Assembly: GCA_013166775.1 (NCBI GenBank)
Contig: JABLTJ010000002.1
Coordinates: forward strand, 78,264-142,263
Origin: Promethearchaeati archaeon
GTDB lineage: Archaea; Asgardarchaeota; Heimdallarchaeia; Heimdallarchaeales; Heimdallarchaeaceae
Direction of reading: 5' to 3'
Length of the DNA: 64,000 nucleotides
In this document: positions 41,808 to 51,858 of the stretch, one piece after another
How the letters are laid out: each line of letters begins with the position of its first letter
Numbering within the stretch: the first letter of the stretch is position 1
Made by a program: the position numbers and the translations under genes
Notes under the pieces: model-generated
The model's input: only the letters and a program-made list of their open reading frames with translations
Databases searched by the model: none
Told to the model about the DNA's origin: nothing

Positions 41808-44333
41808 TTGAGTATACTATGTATTTGGAGTATTATGAAATGGACAATATTAAATGTCTTGCTCATTATAGTTATCATAACTACTTTATACCACCCATTC
41901 TCTCAAATAATAGAGAATGATATGCCTGAGGGGCCGGAATTATCTAATACCAGAACTAAGGAGCAGTCTAATGTAATTAAAGTGGATTATATTACACAAT
42001 ATGAGGATTATTACAGTAATATACACAAACAACCCAATTCATTTCAAAATATTGGAGAACCTCGTTCTGTTCAATTTTTATGGCAAAATTCTGAACAATT
42101 TCTGAATTTATTTAATCAGACAGACATTATTATTTCTGATAAAGAAGAAATGATGTATAGAGAAATATTGAATTTTTCACATATTGGAGCTCTTCCTATT
42201 ATAAGTGCTGTCGAAGATTATGACCCAATCCTGTCTCCTGAAATAAATTATATCCAAAAAAGTGAGACTCTATACATGGGATTTCAAATAAATGGTTCAC
42301 AAGTTGTTAAAATTAATGGATTTTGGATTTATCTTCGTGGGGAATCAGAAGGTATAATTAGATTTCAACTGTATCCTGCAAAACCTGGTGTTGAAGCAGT
42401 TACTCTTCCAAATACTACATCACCTTTAACTCAAGAAATCGATACTCCAATATCACCAAATATTCTATTAGGAGAAGAAAGATGGATTTGGTTAGGGATA
42501 GATGAAACATTAATCCTTGATCCACTTGACACTTATGCAAATACATTTTATATTGGAATCAGTAGACCTGATCAAGATTCCTCAAAAATTAACTGGGTAT
42601 GTTGTTCTGATAATTCATGGCCCGATGATAATGATGAAGGGGATGCATATGCATATACATTTGATCTCACTTATCTACAAAAAGATTTCTTTCTTAATTA
42701 TTCTATTTCACCAGTATTAGATCATCCCTATCCAACAGATATCAATTTAAAGGTAAACAATACTGCAATCTCTAATCAATTAACGCCAGGAATAGGGAGA
42801 TGGGATAGTGATGAATTAGTCCCTGCAATTAATATGACAAATAATAAAATCTCTTTATCAATAACATATTCATGGCCTGATTTCTATCAATGGCAAATTA
42901 ATTATGATGTTATATGGTATGGATTTTTCTACGAAAATAGTATGGCTGATACAGAATATCAAGTATCGGTTGATCAATCCACTTCTGATTGGAGTATCTC
43001 ATTTGTAGCAGATTATCCTAGTAATTCAGAAAATCAGATGATGAATGTTAGCATAGAAAAAGAATGGACGGTTTTGTCTGTATATAGAAATACGATAAAT
43101 CACACTTATTGTACGGAATCTCCTTGCAACCTATTGATTCAGGAAGCAAGTGATGGTGTATGGGAGATTAATTGTATTTCTCAAAACAAAATTATTGAAA
43201 TAGATATCTTGGATATAAAAAACAAACCAATCATTGAATCATACTATGATGAAGTAGTAAAAATCTGCGGTAAAATCTTAGAGCCAAATGGGGAGAAAGT
43301 ATCAAGTGGACGAAGCAGTCTTTATATTTATGATCCTAATGAAGTAGAAAAATATTGTGAATTAGATTGTCTGATTGATAATTCTTCTGAATACTCAGTA
43401 ATTTTCTTATGGGATATCCATTCAGAATTTCAAATTGAAGGAAATTTTATAATCAATTTAATCTGGTCTAACGGAACAGAAGCAGGAATTACGAACGCCA
43501 ATATTTTTATAAAAATCCCAATTCCACCCTTAAAAAGGATTTTTACTTATCTAGGTTGGTCAGGTTTAGGTGTGTTAGTCTCAGTTAGTGTACTATTTTT
43601 GATTAGACAAAGGTATTATGTCCCACAAAAAAGAGCACATCTTCTTCGGTTGAAGACAATGATGTATGAATATCAAGATTCGATAAAATTAACTCGATTG
43701 TTAATTATTCATAAGCAATCCGGTTTATGTTTTCTGGATCCAATGGCTGATGAAAAGAAAATTGATGCAAATCTTATGGCGGGTTTACTTCACGCCTTTT
43801 CATCTTTTGGAGGTAGTCTTTTAGAAGAACATTCTTTTATTATGGAAAAAGAAGGAGAGACTATTCTTCAACATATGAACTACAAAGACCATCATATTGT
43901 AATGTTTGATGGTCAAATTACTCGAATTGCTGCTATTTATACTAGTATTCCAAGTGAGAATATAAAGAATCAACTAAATGAATTTTCAAAGATTTTCGAA
44001 GAGCAATTTTACAATGAACTAACTAATTGGACAGGGGACTTAGATAAATTTTCATATTCTATAAATCTTATTGAAAAGATTTTTGCTCTTTCATTTATTT
44101 TACCACACAAAGTAAAACTAATAGATTTAGATGAAATTAATCTTAACAAATTGGAAAAGAAAATTTATAATTACAGTTCGAAACTAAAGGAAACTAAAAA
44201 TTATTTTTATTTGGAAGATCTTCTTAATAATTACAATGATAAAAAAGAAAAAAAAGTTCTATATGCATTAGAAGCGATTATCTCTCTACGGCAGAAGGGA
44301 ATCCTCTTCTCATATAATATTGAAAAAGAATAA
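41808..44333 (+). CDS. membrane protein (841 aa) with a large ectodomain, one TM helix and a cytoplasmic roadblock-like domain
   Basis: N-terminal TM segment, roughly 560 aa extracellular region, TM helix IFTYLGWSGLGVLVSVSVLFLI, then cytoplasmic LLIIHKQSGLCFLDPMADEK...HHIVMFDGQITRIAAIY. Confidence 0.55.
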   Translation: MSILCIWSIMKWTILNVLLIIVIITTLYHPFSQIIENDMPEGPELSNTRTKEQSNVIKVDYITQYEDYYSNIHKQPNSFQNIGEPRSVQFLWQNSEQFLNLFNQTDIIISDKEEMMYREILNFSHIGALPIISAVEDYDPILSPEINYIQKSETLYMGFQINGSQVVKINGFWIYLRGESEGIIRFQLYPAKPGVEAVTLPNTTSPLTQEIDTPISPNILLGEERWIWLGIDETLILDPLDTYANTFYIGISRPDQDSSKINWVCCSDNSWPDDNDEGDAYAYTFDLTYLQKDFFLNYSISPVLDHPYPTDINLKVNNTAISNQLTPGIGRWDSDELVPAINMTNNKISLSITYSWPDFYQWQINYDVIWYGFFYENSMADTEYQVSVDQSTSDWSISFVADYPSNSENQMMNVSIEKEWTVLSVYRNTINHTYCTESPCNLLIQEASDGVWEINCISQNKIIEIDILDIKNKPIIESYYDEVVKICGKILEPNGEKVSSGRSSLYIYDPNEVEKYCELDCLIDNSSEYSVIFLWDIHSEFQIEGNFIINLIWSNGTEAGITNANIFIKIPIPPLKRIFTYLGWSGLGVLVSVSVLFLIRQRYYVPQKRAHLLRLKTMMYEYQDSIKLTRLLIIHKQSGLCFLDPMADEKKIDANLMAGLLHAFSSFGGSLLEEHSFIMEKEGETILQHMNYKDHHIVMFDGQITRIAAIYTSIPSENIKNQLNEFSKIFEEQFYNELTNWTGDLDKFSYSINLIEKIFALSFILPHKVKLIDLDEINLNKLEKKIYNYSSKLKETKNYFYLEDLLNNYNDKKEKKVLYALEAIISLRQKGILFSYNIEKE

Positions 44334-44523
44334 AGAAATTCATACTCTACAAAAACTTAAAAAATAATATTTAGTGATTTCGGTTCTCCGCAGTTTAAGA
44401 AGTTATGATTTTTCAAAAGAATTGTTTAATGATGAATTAGTTTAGGTTTAGCAATATTATTCAGTTTTCTGAGAGAGATGGAATTTTTTATTGCTTTGAA
44501 CTGCAGATAATATTTTCAAATAA

Positions 44524-45537
44524 TTATTTTTTGATGTATCTAAAATATACTAAACAAGCTATAGTTACAATAAATAAACTACTTCCGATTATAATGGCTG
44601 TCACTATCCACCCTTCTCCTGTAACTTCCTCAGGATTGGATAAAGCCAAGAGATTATACTCAATCATGTCAATATATGTGCTGATATCATTAATTCCTAA
44701 GAGTGGAGTTAATTTAGCTAGTTTTGCATTAGTATCACGAGCAATCTGTATTATCATTTTCTCTTCGATTTGAGGTTGAGTAATTATGATGGAAACATTC
44801 TCTGCAATCATTGTATCAATTATTTCTCCTATATGTTGAGCTGAAGGTTCAGATCCCTCATGTTCCTCAATAACACCTACTCTTTCAATCCCTAATAAAT
44901 CTAGAAGATACATAAAGGAAGGATGGTGAACTACAACTTTCAAACCTTCAAATTGATTTTCGTTATCAATCATTGTGATTAAATCATCTAATTCAGATAG
45001 ATAATCATCTCTGTTTGATTCATATTCAGCTTGATGTTCAAAATCTAATAAGATTACTTCATTTGTTATTTTTTGCACAAAGGTTTTCGTTATAATTGGA
45101 CTCATCCATAGATGTGGATTTGGATCACTTGTTACAGGATCTATTGTCATCATTTCATCGGTTGCTAAATATAATACATTTAAATTATGATTATCTGGTA
45201 AAACCTGCTCAGCCCAAGGTTCTAATCCTTCTACTCCAAAAATGATGAAGAGATCAGAATTTTCTATCATATGAATATCGCTTCCTAATAATTCAAATGT
45301 ATGAGGATCTTCACCTCCAGTCACAACTGAAGTTGGAATAAATAATCCTTCACCAATCTCTCCTACCCAGTCAGCAATAATTGATATTGAGGTTACAACT
45401 TTGATTTCCCCAGAAAGTTGTTTAGAGATTATTGAACCATCAATTGAATTTGATATAGGACTGCTTAGAAAAGCAAATGAAGATAGTAAAATAAGAAAAA
45501 ACACTAGATTTTGATTCTTCCTTGTTGGATACTTCAT
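44524..45537 (-). CDS. znuA: ABC metal (Zn/Mn) substrate-binding protein, ZnuA/TroA family, C-terminal TM anchor
   Basis: Signal peptide, His-containing metal-site segments (DPHTFE, HHPSFMYL), and a C-terminal TM helix. Confidence 0.75.
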   Translation of the reverse strand: MKYPTRKNQNLVFFLILLSSFAFLSSPISNSIDGSIISKQLSGEIKVVTSISIIADWVGEIGEGLFIPTSVVTGGEDPHTFELLGSDIHMIENSDLFIIFGVEGLEPWAEQVLPDNHNLNVLYLATDEMMTIDPVTSDPNPHLWMSPIITKTFVQKITNEVILLDFEHQAEYESNRDDYLSELDDLITMIDNENQFEGLKVVVHHPSFMYLLDLLGIERVGVIEEHEGSEPSAQHIGEIIDTMIAENVSIIITQPQIEEKMIIQIARDTNAKLAKLTPLLGINDISTYIDMIEYNLLALSNPEEVTGEGWIVTAIIIGSSLFIVTIACLVYFRYIKK

Positions 45538-45567
45538 CTTAAATAGATAACATGGAACACATTTATT

Positions 45568-45590
45568 ATTTTTTGTAAATGCACAAAAAA
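45568..45590. promoter_or_regulatory. palindrome in the divergent znuA / znuBC promoter region
   Basis: TTTTTTGT-aaatgc-ACAAAAAA, an inverted repeat with 8-nt arms. Confidence 0.25.
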
Positions 45591-45621
45591 GATATAGAGC
45601 TAAAAGATAAATGATATTTGT

Positions 45622-46641
45622 ATGTCATCATTTCTTGATTTCTTCTTAGCGATTGGAGAAGGTTTCATGCTTAAAGCTTTAGCAACAGCATTAATTATAG
45701 GAGTTTTGGGAGGAACAATAGGTGTCTTTGTTCTCCTAAAAGGGATGGTTTTCTTGGGGGAAGCAATCGCTCATTCAGCATTCGCAGGAGCTGCCTTAGG
45801 AATTCTACTTGGGATTGACCCTTTAATTACAATAATCGCATTTGGATTACTAGCCTCTCTTGGTGTCGGTTATGTGAATGAGAAGAAAGTAATGAAAGAT
45901 GAGGTCATTATCGGAATCGTATTTACAAGTTTCATGGCTCTCGCGATTCTATTCATAGGTCTGATGCCATTCTATTCCACAAATGTAACTTCGATTCTAT
46001 TTGGGAATATCTTCTCTGTTTCAAGTGAAAATCTAATAATTCTAGTTTTCCTAGCTGCAGCAGTTCTCCTAATATTATTCGGATTGAAGAAGGAGCTATA
46101 TTTCATGACCTTTAATCCTGAAATGGCTTCTATAGTAGGTATTCCTGTAAAATTCATAAATTATCTGTTTCTAGCTCTTATGGCTATTACCATAGATATA
46201 TCCCTTCAAGCAGTAGGAGCAATTCTTGTGTTTGCTATGATTATCACTCCAGCAGCAGCTGCTTATCAATGGACCTTTAAACTCAAAAAAATGTTATTTT
46301 TGGCAAGTCTTTTTGGAGTTCTTTCTGGTTTCATTGGTGTATTTTTCTCTTACATCTGGGACTTCCCATCAGGATCAACAATTGTTGGAGTTGCCACATT
46401 AATATTCATAGTATCTTTTATTGCATCCCCTAAAAGAAGAAAATCAGGAACAGGTCATGTAGTAGCAGATTGTGAGTATTGCTCAAGAACTATAGATGGG
46501 AGACAATACTGTATTGAAGAAAACTGTGTAGCACAAGATATACCTCATAAACACGATGAGAAAGGATTGATTATTTACAAAACTGATCTACATAAGAAGA
46601 AGATTCCTTCAAAGCATAAGCATGAGGAGGAGGGGGATTAA
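45622..46641 (+). CDS. znuB: ABC-3 family metal permease (ZnuB/TroC-like) with a His/Cys-rich C-terminal tail
   Basis: 8 TM helices typical of ZnuB. The C-terminal 60 aa is rich in His, Cys, Lys and Glu. Confidence 0.75.
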   Translation: MSSFLDFFLAIGEGFMLKALATALIIGVLGGTIGVFVLLKGMVFLGEAIAHSAFAGAALGILLGIDPLITIIAFGLLASLGVGYVNEKKVMKDEVIIGIVFTSFMALAILFIGLMPFYSTNVTSILFGNIFSVSSENLIILVFLAAAVLLILFGLKKELYFMTFNPEMASIVGIPVKFINYLFLALMAITIDISLQAVGAILVFAMIITPAAAAYQWTFKLKKMLFLASLFGVLSGFIGVFFSYIWDFPSGSTIVGVATLIFIVSFIASPKRRKSGTGHVVADCEYCSRTIDGRQYCIEENCVAQDIPHKHDEKGLIIYKTDLHKKKIPSKHKHEEEGD

Positions 46642-47383
46642 ATTGAATTCAAAATCAACAAAAGATATTATCATCTGTTTGAAAGATGTTAATGTAGTAT
46701 ACGGTAATTTAGCAGTTCTTTATGATATCAATTTTGATGTTCATAAAGGAGATTTCATAGGAATTTGTGGTCCTAATGGATCTGGAAAAACAACACTTCT
46801 AAAAACTATGATTGGGTTGATTGAACCAATCACAGGAGATGTAAAGCTTTTTGGAAAAGATGTAAAAAATAATATCCCTAAGGAAACAAGATTTAGATTT
46901 GGTTATGTTCCTCAAATCACAGAGATTGATCGTAATTTTCCAGCGTTAGTAAGAGACGTTGTAGAAATGGGCAGATATGCAAAAGCAGGATTAGTAAAAT
47001 CCCTTACTAAAGAAGATAAAGAAAAAGCTATGAATGCTTTAGAACTAGTAGAGATGGATTATGCAGCAGATAGACCTATTGGTCATCTCAGTGGAGGACA
47101 ACAGCAACGAGTTTTAATTGCACAAGCTCTGGCAGCTGAAGCTGAAGTCTTACTACTGGATGAATTTGATGCGTCACTTGATTTTAGGATGTCTGAAGAG
47201 ATTATGGAACTCTTAGATTATCTGAAATTCACTCATAAAATAACTATTGTTACAGTTGGTCATAATTTAGAACTATTGAGAGCTTATTGTAATAGGATTG
47301 TTTGTATAAACAAAATGATAGCTTTTGATGGTGAACCAAAAGATTCAGAATTAGATTCAGCAATTAACAGAATTTTTCATTAG
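46622..47383 (+). CDS. znuC: ABC transporter ATP-binding protein (ZnuC-like)
   Basis: Walker A GPNGSGKTT, signature LSGGQQQR, Walker B LLLDE. Overlaps znuB by 20 nt. Confidence 0.85.
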   Translation: MRRRGIKLNSKSTKDIIICLKDVNVVYGNLAVLYDINFDVHKGDFIGICGPNGSGKTTLLKTMIGLIEPITGDVKLFGKDVKNNIPKETRFRFGYVPQITEIDRNFPALVRDVVEMGRYAKAGLVKSLTKEDKEKAMNALELVEMDYAADRPIGHLSGGQQQRVLIAQALAAEAEVLLLDEFDASLDFRMSEEIMELLDYLKFTHKITIVTVGHNLELLRAYCNRIVCINKMIAFDGEPKDSELDSAINRIFH

Positions 47384-47447
47384 AGGTATATTATCTCAAT
47401 TAAAAAGTAATAGGGAATAATTGAACCTCAAGAGTTTATTGTGGTTA

Positions 47448-47753
47448 CTATTTCGCTGTTTTTCGTTTAAGAACTATATCGATAGTCGAAACTGTTTTCA
47501 TTCCATATTCGCCTTCAAGTTCTTCAGAACCGATATTTACTGTATCAATTTCAATGATCTCAGGTAAGAATCTTCTAGATGAAATTTCAGCAACGTCTAC
47601 CGCTTTACTAATAGATCTGCCACGAGCACGAATAGTACAAACGTTTTCCCCCTTGTTGAAGATTGTGACAATAACAAGGCAATAGTTCATTGTACCTTTT
47701 CTACCGATGTAGACAGCATTTTTCTCTTCTTTAGACATGTTGTTCTTCTCCAT
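47448..47753 (-). CDS. albA: chromatin protein Alba
   Basis: VYIGRKGTMNYCLVIVTIF...IRARGRSISKAVDVAEI...STIDIVL matches the Alba consensus. Confidence 0.85.
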   Translation of the reverse strand: MEKNNMSKEEKNAVYIGRKGTMNYCLVIVTIFNKGENVCTIRARGRSISKAVDVAEISSRRFLPEIIEIDTVNIGSEELEGEYGMKTVSTIDIVLKRKTAK

Positions 47754-47868
47754 TTTTTGAAAGAGGTAAATGACATAATAGTATCTACTCTTTTAAATCT
47801 TATTTTTCAATATAAAGTTTAAAAGAAAAAACTGTTGTCTAATAAAATGAAAGATATAGTATTTCTTT

Positions 47869-48882
47869 TTATTTTTGTTTAATTCTCTTTATCTTACGCT
47901 CTTTGAATGATTCTTCAAAATCTTGGTAATATAGTGATTCTTCATAATCATAAGTGTATTCTCTATCTTTAGGAACAATTATTCGAATAGCATCATCAAT
48001 TCTTTCCATTTCTGCTCTCAAACCTGTCTCATTGAAAACTTCTCCTTCTGAAGTCCAACAAAGAGGTTCTTCATCTGTTTCTACAACAAGCTTCTTTCCT
48101 CTAGAAAGCCAAATTCCTCTCATACCAACATGATTTCCAGAACTAGCTTTTAGTAGCATCTTTAATCTTCTTAATCCACGCATTCCATGAGCTATAACTA
48201 TTCCCAGATCTTTGTTTTTTTGAGAGAAATAAGGATTACCTGGAAGGACTTCATATCCAGCAATAACATCACCTACAGCTGCAAAAGCATTTGTTAAATC
48301 TTCAATTCTTATAGGTTCTTTGTCATCTATGGTTATTGTACCTGCTAGATTCTTAAACTTAAGAACATATTTTACTGCAAGATAGTTGTATTTTATAACT
48401 CCTACTTTCATCCATTTCATTTCAGATTGAGAGGCTGCTGCAGCTTTTGCTGTAAATCCTCCATCAGCCATATCTAAAGCATAATAGCTATAATCGCCTG
48501 TACATTTAATTGCGGGAAAATTACCTACGTGACCCTCTGCAAATATTTCCAAACTGCTTTCTAAGTCGTATGGAATGGAGTGAGTTCTATGAATATCACA
48601 CATAGAACCAGCAGATAGTAATCCTAGCGTTACATCAGGATGGTTTACAACAACATCTCCTATGTTCGTTGCTGTTCCATCTCCTCCGAGAGCTACAATA
48701 GTCCTGTATCCTTCACTGATTGCTTTTAAAGCAAGGTCAACTTCATGACGAGGTTTTTCAGTAAGTATATATTCAAAATCCCCAACATAGCTTCTTGTAA
48801 TATTAAGAATCTTTTCTAAATTCTTCCCTAATCTTCCAGAATTGGCATTTGGGTTAATAATAACAAAAGGTTCCTTGCTCAT
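47869..48882 (-). CDS. lipid kinase with DAGK catalytic domain (YegS / sphingosine-kinase / diacylglycerol-kinase-like)
   Basis: N-terminal VIINPNANSG and VALGGDGTATN motifs (GGDG). 337 aa. Confidence 0.7.
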   Translation of the reverse strand: MSKEPFVIINPNANSGRLGKNLEKILNITRSYVGDFEYILTEKPRHEVDLALKAISEGYRTIVALGGDGTATNIGDVVVNHPDVTLGLLSAGSMCDIHRTHSIPYDLESSLEIFAEGHVGNFPAIKCTGDYSYYALDMADGGFTAKAAAASQSEMKWMKVGVIKYNYLAVKYVLKFKNLAGTITIDDKEPIRIEDLTNAFAAVGDVIAGYEVLPGNPYFSQKNKDLGIVIAHGMRGLRRLKMLLKASSGNHVGMRGIWLSRGKKLVVETDEEPLCWTSEGEVFNETGLRAEMERIDDAIRIIVPKDREYTYDYEESLYYQDFEESFKERKIKRIKQK

Positions 48883-48984
48883 TGATTGTAGAATTTTTGG
48901 CTTATTTATAAAATTAGTCTACTTTTGAACTAAAAACTTATTTCATTGAATTACACAAGAAATAGATAGGTTTTAAAATCTGGG

Positions 48985-49326
48985 GTGACTAAGAAGAATA
49001 GTGATAAAATGATTTGTCCCAAATGTGGAACTGTAAATGCTGATAATGCAAGATTTTGCGGAAAATGTGGTAGAGAACTAGATGTTCAACCAGAGCAACC
49101 AGCTCAACAGCAAGTAGAACAAAAAAAATCTAGAAAATTTGTCAGATGCGCAAATGATAAACAACTCGGAGGAATATGTTCAGGTTTTGCCAAATATATT
49201 GATGCTGATGTCAGTTTAGTGAGAATTTTAACTCTCGTTAGTTTTCTAATATCTGGATCATTTACTTTCTGGGCTTATATTCTCTGCTGGATTATTGTGC
49301 CAGAAGAGGAATGTGATCAAAGATAA
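48985..49326 (+). CDS. zinc-ribbon plus PspC-domain membrane protein
   Basis: CPKCG...CGKCG zinc ribbon, then GGICSGFAKYIDADVSLVRI and a TM helix, the PspC pattern. Confidence 0.65.
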   Translation: MTKKNSDKMICPKCGTVNADNARFCGKCGRELDVQPEQPAQQQVEQKKSRKFVRCANDKQLGGICSGFAKYIDADVSLVRILTLVSFLISGSFTFWAYILCWIIVPEEECDQR

Positions 49327-49334
49327 GCCCTTCC

Positions 49335-50114
49335 TTATTTTTCTTTGAAAAATTCTTCTAATTTACTATCTTTTGATCGTTTAATTAATGGAAAGATTTC
49401 TTCCCACTTAATCACCTTAAATACAAGTTTATGATTAGTTAAATATTCCGAGACCTTTACAGGAAAATCTGGAGCAACTAATATTCCCTTAACTTCCTTT
49501 TTTTCTTTTTCTTGAAAAAATTCGATATAACGCTTTAATTGATGAGCATCTTGAGGTGTAGCTTTTCGTTTCTTTACTTCAACTATTGTTTCTCCTTCTT
49601 TTCCAATCCCGCGTATGTCAACTGGACCAACATCTGTGTTATATTCAGTTTTAAGAACCTGAAAACCAGGTTCGATAAGTTCGGGATTAGAAACTAGATA
49701 CTTAACTAAATCACTCTCATCACCATAGATTTCCAATTCAGTTTCATCGTATGCATGCCAAAGTGCAAGAAATTGTAAGTTCGAGAAAAGTATTGTCAAG
49801 GTTTCCTCAGTTTTAGTTCTTTTGGTAAACATCTCTAATAATTTCTCCTTAAGCTTAAACTGAATAGGTCCAGCCTGAGGTTTTTGCCAATTAAGAGGTT
49901 TAACACCTGTAGGTCCATGCATTATTATTGAGAGATCTTTCTTTATAAAAAGAAAACGATCACCATCTTCTAACGTTGACTTGATTCTACCATCAAAGAA
50001 AGCTTTACAGTGACCAGCAAGGATAATCATTTTTTCACCCACTGCTGAATTCAATCTCTTAACAACTTCCGTTAATGAATCAAGTGATAGAATTTCAAAG
50101 TTAGTTATATCCAT
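49335..50114 (-). CDS. nucS: endonuclease NucS (EndoMS)
   Basis: N-terminal dimerisation/DNA-binding domain and C-terminal RecB-like nuclease motifs D...EVK and GILVAP. Confidence 0.8.
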   Translation of the reverse strand: MDITNFEILSLDSLTEVVKRLNSAVGEKMIILAGHCKAFFDGRIKSTLEDGDRFLFIKKDLSIIMHGPTGVKPLNWQKPQAGPIQFKLKEKLLEMFTKRTKTEETLTILFSNLQFLALWHAYDETELEIYGDESDLVKYLVSNPELIEPGFQVLKTEYNTDVGPVDIRGIGKEGETIVEVKKRKATPQDAHQLKRYIEFFQEKEKKEVKGILVAPDFPVKVSEYLTNHKLVFKVIKWEEIFPLIKRSKDSKLEEFFKEK

Positions 50115-50264
50115 TTAAAGTCCTCTTGAATTGTGATAACTAATCGATAAAGATTAAATCTGTTTTTATATTTATTTACTATTCAACAATAATAAAATCA
50201 ATAAAAAACTATAAATGAGCAATTAATGAAGATATTAAATATCATATAATAGATGTGAGAATTA

Positions 50265-51083
50265 ATGGCTGAGATTATCCAAATTATGTTGTATATACAG
50301 GTTGCTACAGTTGTTGGCTGTTTAGCATACAGCGCTATTATAGACCTGATAAAAAGAGAAATTTCTGATATCCCATGGATAATAATGGCTGTTGAGGGAG
50401 TCATTACAACCATAATCATAATCATTTTTTCCAATAGAAGTAGTTTGTACACAAGACAACAAGTAGGCATATCAGTAGCAATTAACCTTGTCGTGGGAGT
50501 ACTATTGGGATACTTACTCTATTATACAGGCGTAATGGGAGGTGCAGATGCTAAAGCTCTAATGGCTTTATCAATAAACTCTTCAGTTTATCCTTTTCTA
50601 ATTGGAGTAACTCAATTGGATGTTTACAGGTTTATGCCTTCAGTTTTCAACACATTTTTTAACTGGCTGTTAACAATGGTAATTATCTATCCCTTACCGC
50701 TTCTATTTTACAACGTCTACCTAAAATCTAAGGGAGCAAAACTATTCGAAGTAACTTCTGCTAATTTTGCTAGTAAAATTCTCATGATGATTTCAGGATA
50801 TCTAATTCCAGTTGAAAAAGCTTTGAATAGAACAGATGTTGTATACTCTGAAACATTCGATGAAGAAGAAGAAAAATGGGAAATCAAGCATTTCTTGCAA
50901 GTACAGGAAATAGAAGAAGAAGAGGAATTCAAGAAAGAGATAGAAGAGAAGATAAAAGAAACCAGAAGGAAAAAAATCTGGGTAAAAGTACTACCACCAG
51001 GAATTGTATTCCTTTTGATTGGTTACATAATAAATATACTTGCAGGAAATATTCTATTCCTTATTTATCATTTCACCTTGTAG
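50265..51083 (+). CDS. A24-family archaeal prepilin/preflagellin peptidase (FlaK/PibD-like)
   Basis: Polytopic membrane protein with the two catalytic Asp contexts DLIKREISD and MGGADAKAL (the GGxD(A/V)K motif). Confidence 0.65.
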   Translation: MAEIIQIMLYIQVATVVGCLAYSAIIDLIKREISDIPWIIMAVEGVITTIIIIIFSNRSSLYTRQQVGISVAINLVVGVLLGYLLYYTGVMGGADAKALMALSINSSVYPFLIGVTQLDVYRFMPSVFNTFFNWLLTMVIIYPLPLLFYNVYLKSKGAKLFEVTSANFASKILMMISGYLIPVEKALNRTDVVYSETFDEEEEKWEIKHFLQVQEIEEEEEFKKEIEEKIKETRRKKIWVKVLPPGIVFLLIGYIINILAGNILFLIYHFTL

Positions 51084-51140
51084 AAGTATTGATTGAACTA
51101 AACAAATTTATAGGAATTGTCAACTGTTTAAACGATTAAA

Positions 51141-51827
51141 ATGGAACCAAATGAAATGGCGGAGAAAGCTATTGAGATGGTTAAGAACAAAAAAACAGAT
51201 GAAATTGTTCCCTTTATTGTGAGTAAATTTGATGATGAAAAAGAAGTATTCAAAGCTCTCATTAGTGTTCAAGTACAAATGAAGGAAATAGGAGGAGGGT
51301 ACCCTCCAGTTGGGGAGCAAATTAGAACTATTGACGAAATTATAGAATATACAGAGAAAGCTATCAGCTACGCTCTTGAGAATGGTAATACCCTAATAGC
51401 TGGAATATTGAATCATAATGTTGCATCATTCTGTTTTCCAAACATGGATGATGGAGTAGATGAGAGATTAATTGAACCTGGTTACAAAGCTGCAGTTAAT
51501 GATTATGAACTAAGAAAGAAAATAGGCGATAAAGGTCCATTGCTTTGGGCTAAGTGGTTGGTTGGTGTTGCTGAGTTCATTAAAGGAGAAACAGAGAAGG
51601 GAATCAAAACCTTAGATGAAACAGCTAATTTAGCACACGAAGATCCTGAAACAAAAAGCATTGAATCTTGGAGTAAATTAATGATAGGAAAATTCTACTT
51701 CAAATCTGATCCTAGTAAAGGAGCTTTAGCAATTGAAGTATTGGAAGAAGTCAAAGAGGAATTTACTTCTCAAGAAGATAAATGGGGATTGGATATATTA
51801 GAAGGAATTTTGAAAATTTATTTTTAA
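51141..51827 (+). CDS. hypothetical protein
   Basis: 228 aa ORF, predicted helical. Confidence 0.4.
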   Translation: MEPNEMAEKAIEMVKNKKTDEIVPFIVSKFDDEKEVFKALISVQVQMKEIGGGYPPVGEQIRTIDEIIEYTEKAISYALENGNTLIAGILNHNVASFCFPNMDDGVDERLIEPGYKAAVNDYELRKKIGDKGPLLWAKWLVGVAEFIKGETEKGIKTLDETANLAHEDPETKSIESWSKLMIGKFYFKSDPSKGALAIEVLEEVKEEFTSQEDKWGLDILEGILKIYF

Positions 51828-51858
51828 AAAAGGGGAGATAGGTCTCCCAATATGCTTC

